Source: Ophelia neglecta
Lineage: Eukaryota
Assembly (NCBI GenBank): GCA_965285935.1
Contig: OZ260665.1
Span: 44,454,001-44,518,000, forward strand
DNA: 64,000 bases
Reading direction: 5' to 3'
Positions 1-14,700 of the stretch are shown one piece after another. Made by a program: the position numbers and the translations under genes. The notes beneath the pieces were generated by a model. That model did not search any database. It was not told the DNA's origin and was given only the letters and a program-made list of their open reading frames with translations. Positions within the stretch are counted from its first letter, which is position 1; every line of letters begins with the position of its first letter.

Positions 1-399
1 GCCAATGAAAATACGAACACGTCGTGTGTAACGGTTAAAACTACATTAGGGGCCACCAGATAAAAAGAAAATGTTCTGATTGCAAATGAAACATTTAGAA
101 AATTCCTGGTTTTTCATTCACCGTGGATACATTTCCTTGATCTGAGCACTATACTCAGTCCATTTATTTTACGTTTTATAGTTGTGTGATCGCTTTAGGG
201 AGTGGTTAATTTAGTAAGACCATTACTATGTTATGGCACGGGTGTGTTATAATAGGTAACTGGTAATATTGCCGTGCAATAACATGGGCCTAATAAATTT
301 ACGTTTATCCTTAAACAGGCCACTCAGAAGCCTTTTGAAGGAGTGTAGTATCGAATTGAGTCTTCGCTTTCTTTCCCAGAGTATCGGTAAACTATTAAT

Positions 400-1200
400 T
401 TTTTTTGACGACTCACCGGTTACCTAATACATCGCAAAAACCTTTGACGGATTTGTCGTTGCTAAGTTCCCTAATCGATGCGTACTTTCGGTCTGCATTG
501 ATGATTCTCTCCAGCGTACAAACCTGTAGAACTTCTACGGAAACGGCTCTGCTCCCTGATGAAAATGCCATATATGTATCTTTACAACCATGGATGGGAG
601 ATGCTTCGTGATTCTCGTCCTCCTTGACTTAGGTGCAGCCTTGATAACATTGACCATAACATTCTGGTTGACAGAATGGAACCAAGATTAGGGGCCAAGA
701 GGGCCGCACTGGGATGGTTTCGATGCTGACAGGCAGTCTTAGTTGGAGTATTGCAATCAGATACGGTGTGAGATACACTTTGGGATTCCCCCAGGGAGCG
801 ATCCTCTGACCTCAATACTCTTCTTGATCAATATATACGCTGTCCCTGGTATACCACCATTCACCGTCATAGGTTGATATTCTTCACATCTATGCCGATG
901 ACACCTAGAATATTTTCGCGGTGAAGCGTTTATCTGAATCGGTTGAGCATGTCATCGCAGCATTGAACGCTATTGAGTTGCTGTCAAGAAGTGGATGATC
1001 CTTAACTTTCTGTAACTCAACTCGGACAATACAGAGATCTAGGGAAAGACCAATCAACGGGCTTATTGCATTACCCCTTCCCTTTAGTGGGAGGCAAGAC
1101 GGTGCTTGATCGCACAGACCTGTCCGTAATCTGGATGTCATGTTTAACTACTCCCTCGCCATGGACACGTGTGTCGAGTGTGGCTAATTAGACAACAACA
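400..1200 (+). mobile_element. Degenerate CR1/L2-clade LINE reverse transcriptase fragment
   Basis: RT motifs in the correct order across shifting frames: STETALL (~535), VILVLLDLGAA-DNIDHNILVDRM (~608-680), AALGWFR, GIPQG (~782), HIYADDT (~885-905). Many stops and frameshifts. Confidence 0.8.
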
Positions 1201-4200
1201 TTCCACCTCTCACCTCTCATTCCAAATCTCACGTTTCCGCCTATCATTAAACATTGATACCACAAAAAGGATTTCCATTTCTCTGATTGTGTCTCGACTG
1301 GGCCACTGATATTGTTTGTTGAGTGGTGTTTCATTGACGTTAATTGCCAGGTATTATTTCTCATGAACAATGCAAAATACCAACCATGCTTAGTTTTTTG
1401 TCAGATTTACCGGCTCAAGGTTACGTTTTTATCAGATTTCCCTACCCAAGCGTATGTTTTTGTCCTATGGCCAAGGGTATGGTTTTGGAACCTCTATCTG
1501 CACACCTGTCTGCAATGTTTGGAAGAGTCCTTCCGACCCAACCCCTCAACCCCCCCCCCCCCCCCAACCCCCACCTGTCTGATACGATCAGGCTTTAAAC
1601 GCTTTTATAATGCAACCAATTTTTAAAACCATGCTCTTTAGAAATGCTCACCTGTTATAGTGAAAACTCAATTCTATATAATTTGACATTGTTTAAGCTA
1701 CATATAGGTGGAGTTTGCTTGATAAAAGAGCAAAGAGAAACACTATAGGCCGCACTATTAAGTGTTATTGGCATGTGTTGCAAGAAAAGCCACCCAAAGC
1801 CCCCGAAAGCCACCTTTTTATCTCTGAGGCGGTTAACGAGAAACAACTTGTTGTAGGCAAATTTCAAGGTGTACTGGCTAAATGACAGACATTTTGAACA
1901 ATATCCCCGTCCTAGGTTTCATATGACGTATGAAGCACGTAACTGACAAAGTACCAAGTGCCAAGAATCGGAAAATCCTATGTTATGCGAGTCGTACATT
2001 ATATTGTATGACGTGGACAAAGTACGCAATTTTGGTCCATATCACAGAACTGTTTAACCACTCTGTTATTATTCACCAAATCTAACAAGCCCAAACGTCC
2101 GATGTTAATTTGAACAAGGAACCAAAATTAACGTAATGCCAGGTGATGATAAAAGTGCGGAATCACGTTTGGGAATAACCCAAATTACATCTACACATTT
2201 CTAAACCCTCATCGATAGGCTTTATTACATCCGAGAAAAATGGAGAAAAATAATCGGATGACGGCATTTCCCCCAGGGCCTCATTGCAAACGTAGGGTCA
2301 TCCCTGTGGCTAATATTCATTTCAAACCCTAGCTTATTCTACCTAAATTGGGAAAAAGAAATTACTCACAGCCTAAAAATAACTAAAATGAAGTGGCAAG
2401 AAAACTCAATTGGGTCGAATCACCTGATGTGAGCGTTTGGGTGAAAAATATTAGGGCAGCGGATACCTGAACGATTCCAAAACTGTGTGGCAACATATAA
2501 AAAGAACATCAAATAGCCTAGTATCTTCTGGATCGGCATTATATACACCAATACATAGCATGTACAGGAAATCACATGCGTTAAGCTGGAGCAATGTTTT
2601 GAGTTGTATTTATTACTAAGCTGCTGCAACAGGGAACGGTGTCTCTGTCCTTAATCACTTGTGACTCCCGCAGAAATAACGCGCACCTGAACCCACAAGT
2701 GAATGAGTGGGCCGCATGCATAAAACTGGATCGGCAGGTTGCCGAGGTGACTTAGCAAGTTGGTGGCTATATCTGCGGGAATACGGAACAGACCCGCTAT
2801 CAATCACACAAGTCATAACCCACGGAACTCCCTGACTCCATTAACCATCCTGAAACCATGCTAACCATTACAGCTGGCATCTTCTTCTCAAAAGACAAGT
2901 GTTAAACTTCTCAGTCTAACCTCATGTGGCACTTCATTAGTTAAAGAACGGACCTGTTAACGTTTAATAGGGTATATCTTACATTGGATAAAGGCTCAGA
3001 GTGTAAACCCGAATCACTGTACGGTCTGTAAGGTATACATTCAAAATCTGCAAATTATCAATGGCAACAGCAGGTGTTTTTTTTTGCTTAGTCTGGACTT
3101 TACTAAGTGAAAAGTATTGGCCATTTATCCACCCTCATTTCATTCGGTAGATTTCCCGTCAATTATTCCAAAACGTGTAATGGTTGTTTATTCATAAAAT
3201 ATTAAGTCCTTTAGAGGTACCGTTATAGTGTATAGTATGTATAATGGGAAAGAAGACTGCTGGAGAGGAGAATTGATGGAAGCACCTGTGAAGAAGGGAG
3301 TTGAGTAGAGGAGTTGGGGAGCATCTAACAAGAAACCCAACCATCAGCAATGGAGCCTGTCAAAACAACTACTTGTAAAAATTTCCTTGCCGCTGCAGTC
3401 AATACAAGGTTCAAATTTTCAGACTTTGGTCAATCAGCTGGGGAAAAACAGAAGAAAATCAGTCCTATGGAGCATCATCACCCACATGTCATCATGGCGC
3501 GTTTTAACATCAGGGTGCACCAATTTATTAATCTGAAACCCGTTAATGAAAAGAAAATTAAATATATGTTATCTGTGTTAGGGAGCATTATACATGTAAA
3601 GGAAGCGGCATATTTGATTCTGTGTATGTCTGTTTACTCTATGTATGCGTGAATGTTCTAAACGCTTGAAGTATATTCTTTGGAAAAGGACCCCACGTAC
3701 GCGTACGACTTGGTTGGAATGCTGGTCCTGTTTCCACTGACTGGGCAGAGACTCGAGGTCTGATAACATTAATCACAGTGGGCGTCAAAGACCGACCTGT
3801 AAAGTAGCAAAGTTCACAAAACCGGCGCCAGATAGCGGAAGTGGTGGTGCGGAAACAGATGAACATTTTGAGTGGCATATATCTGTTAAGAGGGTAAACG
3901 CTACTTTCTGTCCGACAAGGCTTTGCTAGATTAACAAAATGTGCGGGCCTGAAAAATAAAGCAAAGGTGGTTCATTTTGATATGTTGAGTGTTAAGGCCT
4001 ATATTGAGTGCATGAATGTGGGCTTGCAGTGCATTAGAGTCGGATGCTATATCTTTAATTATTTCGGTCCCAGAAACAAGATGTTTTCATAATCAATACG
4101 TAACAGACTATTTTCCTTATTCACAATGAATTATACTTGTACACCTAGCTAAATTTACAAACAAATGTTCCTCATTGGTAGCTATAGGTTTATCATGAAT

Positions 4201-4269
4201 GCAAAAGAACGACTATGGGTCTGTCCAAGTCGGATGCAGACTAATGTTGGTTCCTTAAACTATAAAAGT

Positions 4270-4560
4270 CTAATCAAGCCAGAACCCCCTCCTCCTGTTT
4301 TAATTAGACCCATGAAAGTATAATTATACACTTGTTCTTGTTCTTAGCAGACGCTCGTGGACCCTCTTTGGTCTAAACAAACACGAGACCATCCTTGTTT
4401 TAAACTGACAACTGATGACTTTTGTGTTCTAAGGAGACACCAGGATGTCCTTGATCTAACCATCCTTGTTCTAATTAGACATCCTTCCTCTTTCTAAATA
4501 TAAATCGGACAAATGCCATGACATGTCTAAACAGAACCTGACCCTTATTGTTTCGGTATA
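4270..4560. repeat. Degenerate short-unit tandem repeat (core resembling CCTTGTTCTAATTAGAC)
   Basis: About 7 diverged copies, e.g. cctgttttaattagac, ccttgttttaaactgac, ccttgttctaattagac. Confidence 0.5.
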
Positions 4561-7500
4561 AAATGGCTGTTTTTACCTCTTGATTCACAAACTAGAGGAA
4601 TATGGTTTCCATTTAGCTGGAAAATGAAAATGTTTTTAGCATGTTGAGGAAACTAAGTGCTGGCGCCGTTATTACAACAAGCCGCAGTAGGTCGTCTATT
4701 GGTGTGCTGAATGTACGGAGCATTGAGAACCTGGTTTTACCTAGGTAGATGCCGTCATAAACTGTATCAATTTAGTAAACTGGTGTTTACATGGTGGTTC
4801 TCAGTTAAACTAGAGCTGTGTTGTGTGCGAAACTAGGCAAATATAAAAATGACCAAATGATAAGGCATCGGTTGTCAGCGTGGTAAAGGGCAGATTAACA
4901 AGTATAAACATGTCTACTTATATTATATCTATAAGAACACCACAGTTGAGGTCGTAAGCCTTTTCCAGAGTTTCCCCAAACTTTGTAGACATGAAAGGGT
5001 GTATAAGCGAAGCTAAAAGATCTTAGCTACCCTAATTCTAGGGCCATTTTACTCTGACTTTACGGTTTTCACCTAAAGATTGTAGGCGAAACCCCTTCTC
5101 TGATTATAGTTCTTGTTGTGCACAACTTTTTCCAAATAACTCGCCTTCCATTGGCTCAACCACGCGTGTTCAACTTTATTTTCGAAAAATTATTATGGAC
5201 TTTATAGATAGGTTTCAAATTTTACTCACGGTACTTACATTGACTTTCAAACATCAAAGTTTTCTTCGCTCTCAATTGGGTCTTATCCATGGCTGCTAAT
5301 CATGATAAATCCAGACAACATAAATTCAAGTAGCGAACTAGCGACACCACTTCTCGAAAAGTATGTTCAATATATTGGTTGTAGCAAAGCATTTGGGATA
5401 AAACCTGACTCCAACACAGGCATGTAAATTGTAGTCTACGGTGCAACTCCAAGGGTAGCAGTCGGTGGCCAGGCTGGCTTTGCACACCATGTAGGCCTCT
5501 TCTGCCTCCTCTCTAATATAACAAGCATAATTCACGCTTCGCTTTGCGTGAGGCCTATACTTACCGTAGCACGCTCACTGCAGGACAATCTGAGTACAAC
5601 AGTCTATTATTTTCTTCTTTGACATGCAGGTCCAGTAAGACAACATTTATTATATTAATATGAACAATGAAAATGCCACATTTACCTACTCGACTAGAAT
5701 GGCACACAATGATACCAACTATAAATGGGTGAACTTGAAGAGTGGTTTAAAACTAATAAAGTTTAATTAATAAAGATATTTAATGTTCCACGTAGTACTC
5801 GATGGGCATTGTTGTAGGTTGTGTTTATGATAATACGGATTAATATAGCTCGGAAGTATATTTAAATCACTGTTCAAACAAATAATACTACCCTCTGGAT
5901 ACCGACCATTTACTAGCTGGATATTCGTTGCCTTTTTCAGGTACAAAATCCAATAATGTTTGATGCAAGAAAGATGGTAAAAGTAAAGAAACTCAATGCC
6001 TCCATACATCATGTATTTTCTATTTTCCTATAAGATTTAAGTGGCGTTTTCATGATTTTTATCAGAAGGTTTCTGTTGTCTGAATCAGTACATCATGCAA
6101 TGTGAAGTAATCGTCTCTGGTGACAGTTAATACTTTCAATCCCTTCTTCCGTTATCAATGATTTGAAATTTTTGATCCAGATGAAACTATAGTTGTCGAG
6201 TTTCTTTAACTTACACGCTTCTTCCTTTTAAATATTATAGCACGAGTCAGTGTATTTATTTTTTATGTTGGCGCTATAGCAGGTGGTCGATCAGTCGGGT
6301 TTTGATGTGCAGGAACGATCCTTGAGGATAGTTCAAGAAATACTGGATTCAGTCATGGCCCTTTGAGCAAGTTGTTGAAGTTGCTCGAGTCAACAACTCC
6401 CTATTAAAAACTTGCATTTACAAGAAAGCAATACAGTCAGAAACAGCCATTCATATTGGTAGAGAGCTCAGAGGTCTGAGACCGCGTGACCTTCGAGCAA
6501 GTGGGATCGACTGCCTCTGTAAACATCATAAGCCCCAGAAGAAGAAAATTGTCTCATGCTTCTCTTCTGCTGATCTGGCAAATATTATAGGAATATTGGT
6601 CAAAATGCCCTTATTAATCAGCCTATTCCTGCTATAGGTTATAGGGACGTATTCAAAATACCTATCCCTTACATGTTAAATCGCGTGCCTAGCGGGTCGT
6701 TTCTCAACTATTCACGATATTGCTCAGGCTTAGCTGCTGTGATTCACTTAAAGATACTAGTTCAGCCAACAACATATCAAAAAGTGGACATAGCATAAGT
6801 TGGCAATTTTTTCTAGGTGAACTTAAAGAAATGATCATTTTTTTCACCTGTTTACGTGTGATATGAGTGACGGCATCCTAAAATGGTCCCCGCAGAAAGT
6901 GGGGAGAGTCCTATCACGCAAAAGCAACCTGGTACCAACACCAAGGATTTATCATTAGATTACTACAGTTGCTTATTTTTCAATCGTTTTTAATCGTTAC
7001 TGCTTTATCCTATTATCATTTTGTGGTACTTTTATTCAATTCGGAATCGTGGATGCTACTAAAAATGAGCCAAGCAGTAGCAACGGGTATTTTTGCTCAT
7101 TTTACTACTAAGGCGGTACCAAAGCAGTAAAAAAACAGATAGATATGAAAAACGTTTGATTGTCGTAGGTCCATAACAGTACTTGGCCTAAAATATCCAG
7201 GAAATTAATGAGTAAGCAACAAAGCAGCCTCCTTACAGAACTTCAAACTGAAAAATAATCAAAATGTAATAAATAATAAGATAGATCTTGGAAATATGTT
7301 GCCTCCTAAAATTTAAAATCGCACGAGTCAAGCGCGTACACATTTTTATGAAACTCTACGATACCATTAATTTTGTAAAAGTTTTGCATGCGCACGCATG
7401 TACTAATTTTATACATGCGTGCGCAGGTGCGGTTTTTAGACATGCGTGCGCATGTCTCAAAAGAGCACTGATGGATTATAGGTGCGCCAACGGACCCTAT

Positions 7501-10500
7501 GTAGCAAAACAGCATGAAAATAGATGATCCACATGGATTGGCAAATCCGCAGATAGATTATCCAAGTAGCAGTGAAATAGGAAGGTGTATACAATATTGC
7601 ATAACCCTTTTGTGTGTGCATTATTGCTGGTGAAAAGAAATCATATAACAAATATTATTTCTAATTATGTAATATCTTGAACGCAATGCCGGCACTGTAT
7701 ACTTTGTGGCAAGGAGCATCACTAAATGGAGCTGTTAATGCTTAGTATTTTATTGGTGTTTTTCTAGTTGCTTTCTTGTCAATTCCTTGACTGTGGCAAA
7801 GCAATATTGTAAGCACTTTAGGGATAGAATGATAAAAGAAAAAATAAGCATGTTTAAAACTAAAACGGATGCTGTTCCATTCCAGTTTCCATTGCAAGAC
7901 TCATTTGAATCCATTTATAGCATTCGTTGTGTTTAAATTATTTGATTATATTTATTAGTAATTATTTGTTTTGATTTTTTTTTAGGAAACGATGCTTTGG
8001 GATACAATCATTTAAGAGTCTGCCTGTGAGACAAACTTGACAAGTTGGGTGCGGCACTTTCAACACCAATGAAATAAAGTGGTGAGTAGTATTGGTACAT
8101 AACCTATTTGGCAAATAGGCACTTAGTTTGCCATAAATCTGACAGCCTCTGCAGCGGCGGTTTGTGAAATAACAAGTAGTATTCTGAACTTAACATTATA
8201 TGCAATGAAATGTTACTGTAATGCCAATAGGCTATGGAAGAAGCTAGTGGACAAAGTATGATCAATATTATAAGCAAATGCACTTACAGAGGCTGGTAGA
8301 GCCCGATTCCATTCATTGAAATGTTGTCTAAAAGCTATGACGGATGTGGGGCGGGGTGAATAAATCCGGTAGATATTAATGTAGTAATTTTATGTTATCT
8401 TTACTGAGTCCAATCTAATAACTCGGCACATTAGAACCTCAGAGCGCCGGCTGATAGTTTTACCAATTGATGTGCGATATTGTACTAATGGTTACCTTTT
8501 ATGCAGTATTAACGCTTAATTTTTATGCAGTATTAACGGTTAATTGTATTAATGGTTAATTGCGTGTGCACTATGAACACCATACGGTATGTTCTTGTGT
8601 TCGGTAAGTAATTGCCCGGGGTTATCATTATAAACAGTCGGCGCACATTGGTAGGTGTATCTTTTATTTTTCACTCACTGTTTTTCAGTTCCATTTTTAT
8701 CTTAATTGTAATTCATATAAATATGATGCATGAAAATATCAACTCAATTTCTGTGCTGAAATCTTTTCGGTGATGGTACATTGTACATTTCTGAATCAGA
8801 AAGACATTTGGCATCAATCAAATTTAGTGTCCGTCAATCACTCGGCACGTGACTCAGAAGTTGAAATTGTATGATGTCAAAAATCGACTTCCCTGTGCGA
8901 GATATCGAAATCAAATGAAAGGGCCTGTCCAGCAGATGGGTGTTTATTTCAAATTGCGTGTCCGTATTAGGGCAGAGGGGGGGGGGGGGAGCGTGGATAC
9001 CTTCAAATACAAGTGAAATCATGGTGACGCGTCCGAGAGGAGTGATTCCATTAAAAACTGTATAATGTACCTGTGTATTGTCGTTTGGGATATAGCTGAT
9101 CGCGTTGTAGCTCCAGTTACATGGGGAGCGCTTATGGTTTTCTGGTCAAACCGGAAACAAACGCACCCAGCCAGAACCAACCAGGCCACATCCAAAGTGG
9201 CATTGCCCTGGCAGCCCCGGGCAGGGCAGCGCAGCATAATCAAACCAGCATAAATAAGGGTTAATCCGGCAATGGCTCCCTTGAACCTTAATCTTGTAAA
9301 TGTAAATAATTAAATGGTTATCAGGTTGCTCTCTTTGATTTACACATCATTGGGGTCTGTTCTTCGGAAGAGCTTTTAAGAGATGTGCACGTTTAATGTG
9401 ATGTTCGCCGAGGCCCCTCAATGTTAATTTACTACGTGATTCGATCATTAATTTGTCTAATACGATGTTTGCTGTTAGCAATTTAAGGAAACAAAACATG
9501 CACATACTAAGCATAACTCACCATTTACTGAAATTTGAAATTGGCGCTTGATTTTGGAGATAGCCTTTTTAAACATCTGAGCCAATCATTGCTCCGAGCT
9601 GCATTCTAATCACGACCGTGTCAAGGCAGATATGATACACGTTGAAAAAATAGTCTAAACCGTTGGACCGTTGATAATTATACGTGTATTAAGTTAAATA
9701 TATTACAAATATATCCGTAACGTTTTACATTTGATACTTTACCATGGCAATTTAACACGAAACCCATGCAAGACAACATGCTGCAATTACTGAACATTCT
9801 GCCAGCTGTGTACATCTGCAAGGTTCGTGATCTCAAACAGCGTGCTATTCGTCATCATATCCAACATGTTTGTACTACCAAGCTACTTGCTACTAAAAAA
9901 TATCTGTAACAACAGTCTCTTTGGTACTGATGAGAAAGATGCGTTCCTTGCACGACATGTAGCGTGTCATGGGTCTTGACCCTGCCGTTGAGGGGGCCTT
10001 TCATGTTTGTCCGCCCAGACGCAGTCGGGGGATGTTGCTGGTATGGCACTCGAAGACATCTGGACAGGGACAGGGCTTCGTAGGTTGTCCGCCCCTGGGA
10101 TGATGCACGTGTCTTATATTCGGCGGCATGTTTCATGAAACCACTAGGGTCAAGAGGCATAATTATCAATGACGATAAACTTATGTTCTCGTTCAACTCT
10201 TCAAAGAACGTTAAATATGCCTCTTGCACCACTCATTAAGCTATCCATTAAGGGGTTTAACCCCAAGACTGAACCACGCGATCAAGAGCATTTCTGTTAC
10301 TCTTTTACAACTGTCCATCATCGCAATTGCACATTCATTCACACCATGACACCAAAATCAGGTTGCAATTTTCAATATGTGTGGTGTAGTAACCGTTGGA
10401 GGGGGAGGGGGGGGGGGTGGCTACACAACCGAATAAAGGCATCTCCATCAAGTGCTTTTTTTTTTAAATGCACTTTTTCTCACAGTTATCAAATTTTGAT

Positions 10501-13500
10501 TGGTGCCTGTAACGTGAGTTAATATTTGAACAGAAAATCCTCATTGCTTATAAAAGTCTTCACTCTATACGACCATACAATTCATCTATGGTCGCTTAAC
10601 CCGGTAGTGCCTTTTTCTGTCCTTATGTGGTTCTAAGTAGGTTCGGAGTACATGCCTGTTGCAAAATAAAGGCCTAATTGTTATAATTGCTGCCAAAAGG
10701 CTAAACCTTAAAATATGCCGATTCCCATTTTGCAGCAAAAATATCATCCACAATTGTCCCAAGTGTAAGCTTAACTCTTGCCCACCTTTTTTTTATCATT
10801 TGTAAAGAATCACGCACTTGTATATAGACAGGGGGTCCGGCAGCAAAGGTTTGCTTACTTTTAGGTAGTCATAGATTAAACCTATTTTATTTGCAAAGCC
10901 TTGCTGCGTGATTTGTCCCTCAGCCCGTCGATAATTTTGACGCATTGCAGAGACATCCATGCCTGGCCTGTACATAGAAATCTTTTAAAATACTCACCCA
11001 CCCCACCCCCTCTCCGCGATAGTGCTATTTAAGCGCAGCGACACATATTTTTAATGGTATTTACATCTAGGCCTAGTCCAACTTCACCTGCCTCAAACAC
11101 ACTCCATGTCGTGAAGATATATGTCTTAATGGTAAAACCGTTAGCTAGGAGATTTTGAGCTAAACTAACATATGCTTAGTTGTAAAAAAAACGTCACATT
11201 CTCCAATTTTTCATCTCTGAGCACATGTCTATACTGTCATGTGAGTATGTTTACCACGGTTTAGATTGTATAAAATCAAGGCATCCTAATAACAATTGCT
11301 ATTTAACATAGCTTCCGAGTTAATTTTGCCGTGTCAAATAGTATGTTGTGATACAAAAAGGCAGGTCCCGGGCAATGTTTTATTTACATAAAGTTTTCAA
11401 ATAAGTTAATCGACAATAACTGACAATCACGACCGCTTTCTCAGGATATGTAACACTCCTCTCAGGATATCGCCTTGGCCTTTTGGGTCTCCAAGCTCTT
11501 TTCTGAGGAACTTTTTTAAAAATAAACTAACATTCATAGCTAAGCAGCAAAACGGCAACATGTTAGTTTAAAAACAAAAAGTTATCAAATAAATACTCCA
11601 TACATAGTTTGATAACATATTTGCCAAAATATCTAGCAAACGAAAGGAGTCCAATATAATTTCAGGGCTTTTTAAAGTCCTGTCAAACTGTTCACAAAAA
11701 CGCTTACAATCAATTGTGTTTCTTTGTGTAGGCTAAACAAATACTATTTCCTTGAGTACTGGAGTACTTTAGCTTGCCGTTCTACTTGCATTCATTTTAC
11801 ATTTTTATAGCAGTTTTCGCCAACTCTTTTATACACAACATCGTGGATAAATTCAGCCAAAAGCATGACCAATGCGAGATGTCCGAGGTATCTTTCATGT
11901 CATACCTGTATTTAACCCAATTATAGTGATCTTTCCTTGATGCTGATAGCACAGGTCCAATGATTTATAAATTTGATGAGCATTTAGTTAAACATACTGT
12001 TATGATTTTGTAACTTTTCGTCATTTATATGACATTGCATCCGTAAAATCATGTAAACTACGAAAAATCAGCGTGGCGTTAAGAAATTATAATCGGGGGT
12101 TTTATCGACTCAACGACATCGGACTCGTTTTTTGTCGTGACTGTTTGTTTTGGAGACTAACCTTTAGGTCATCACGTATAAAGATATGTTATTATCTCGC
12201 TGCAGCTCGGCGTTATCAATACAGCTAGGTCTAATTTTTTGAGCAGGGTGTTGTTGTGTCAAATTGAGAACATCTGATATTTTTTAGTTGGCAGTTGCTG
12301 TCCGGATGATACGTTTTGCAGACCTGTCATTTAGAATGGCACAAAAATAGCACAGATGTTTCATTTGAGCATTTGGGAGTTGTTTAGGTCATTAGAAGAA
12401 GTCGTGGGAGTTTGGGTTTCCCGCCTAAAGCAGTGATAATTAGGTCTAACCGAGCATCTGATTAGGCCATTTCTACGGTGCCTTAGGGGTTTGACATATA
12501 AATGCCAAATAAGCGAGCGAAAATTGGTCGACTATTAGAAAGGTTTGGAGACATTCGATACACATTGAGATTTAAAGCACTTTAGGATTTGGCTTTCGAC
12601 CAGGCCCATGATAAAGATGATGACGTTCATATGGCGGTGACTGTATTTAGTAGTAAACTAACATTTGGGGGGGAGGGGGGTTACTGGAGGAAGTCTACTG
12701 GATGAAGGTCAACTCAGAGGCGTTACACATATATGTCAGACATCTAGCAAGTGGATCATGTCAGATTAAAGGATAAGAATATATGTATTTGCTTTCACAA
12801 AAATAACAGCCTGTCAACGCACAGGATTTGGCAAGTTGGCTAACATACTGTATGTGTTTTTTTAAAGGTTTTTCTGTAATAGAAACAAGTATTTGCCTAA
12901 ATGTATTTGCAACATCTATATATGACATATAAATGTACACTCTATAGGCAGAGGTAGATTTTGGTTTAGTTTGGCAATCATATCTATTCCAGCGGTTAAG
13001 AATATGATATGCCATTTCTGTACTTGTTAGAGGTTAAAGAAGGAACATGCCTACCAATCTGTCAAAGTCATCATGTATATAGGTCAAGGTTCTTGAAATG
13101 TTTTATTTTGTGACACTGTGAGAATACCAGGTGCCATTCAGGATATACTGTACAAAGATGATTTGTGGCAGATAGATTAGTCCATATTTATAAGTTACCC
13201 TGTTATAGTCCGACTTCTCTTATTTTGAGTTATATCGATGTGTTTTGCAATCGAACATGTTCTCGGTCTTACCGAGAATAAGTTATGGTAAAAGTAGACA
13301 GTGTTACCCTGTGAAAGTCCCCCGTGATAAAACAACTTTGATATGGATTAGTTAGTAATCCAAAGAAAAATGTTTATAAAGACTCATGATGTAATTCTAG
13401 GCTCTAGTTGTCAAAAAAGGGAGAAATTATGATTTTGATTATTTGTCCTTGGAAATGCACTCCAGGGTTAATTTTGATACCTAGGTTAGATACGCATAAC

Positions 13501-14700
13501 GTGTTTTTACCTGGCATTTTTCTCTTGGCTGGCACTTTGTCCCATCAAGCCAAGACAGCAATCATAGCATTGTCATCATTCTGGTAAGATATCGATCATC
13601 ACATGCAACCAAAGTAGCCTCACAGAATAAACTGTTGTGTTAGCTAGCACGTTGGTGCTATGCAGGTCGAGGGCTTGTCTTACAAGTAGCTGATTTAACT
13701 TTCTAATCTTAGGACAGATAATGTAATTTTAAATTGTTTTCTTGAAGAATTGCCTTAAGTGAAGTTTGAAAAAAACGCTGAAATCGCACCATGTTTAACA
13801 CCCTACTAATGGTAATTTAAGGTGTTCCTGAGAAATGCATGAGCTATAGTCTCCGCATTTATTCTCGGAGAAGCCCGCTTGGGGGGGGGGGGGTCCCTCT
13901 CTGCCCCTCCCCCCTCCTCGGGCGCTTCAGGCATGTGATGACCATCATGCTTGGAATGCATTTCCAATAATATATATATTGCCTCCAAGTCGGTACAAGT
14001 CTCCCAACACACAATATACATTCAACCTCTCAATCAGTCAAATTGGATTATATTTTTATATGCCGATCCTGTCCTATAATCCTACAAATATCAAAAATTG
14101 GTATACATTTGTTGGCGGTTAAGGTTTTCGGTATAATAAAACTTTGTATCCAGAGAATCTCTTTTGCCCGCTGCTCGTTTGCATTTCATATGACAGGTCA
14201 GAGGCCGTGGAGCGTGGGTGTGTGAGAGCCAAGAGGTCTGATAGTGGATGGTTATATTGCCTCCGCGGGCGGGTGACGCATCAGCGTGAGACACCCTCGG
14301 GGCAATCCATGATATCATAGGGCAGGTTGATATGGGTGATATTACTCAGAAAGGGGAACTGTCCTGTGGCGATGATGACATTCCTTGTACACTCCCCTCC
14401 ATCGACCATGTACTACAATAGTTAGAACACACCGGCCAGTCGCACAGCTAAAAGCCAAAAACTCGGGTGGTGTCCGGTTGGCATCATATTAATAGACTCA
14501 ATTCGCATCAATTTGTATGTCGAGTTGTATGTCGTTTGGTCTTCTTATATCCAATCAATAATTAATGTATCTACAAAAAATATATATCTGTTAAAAATGA
14601 ACTTATATATTCCCAGCCCTAGGATTATTGTTAAATTAATATAAACAGCGTTTCGCGATTTATATCAAATATTGGCTGTTCTTTGGTGTTTATAAGAACA

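Noticed and set aside
5767-6250. Possible L1/Tx1 ORF2 3' remnant (YGGIEFLYF...YWI)
   Set aside because: Only one weak motif, too little to call.
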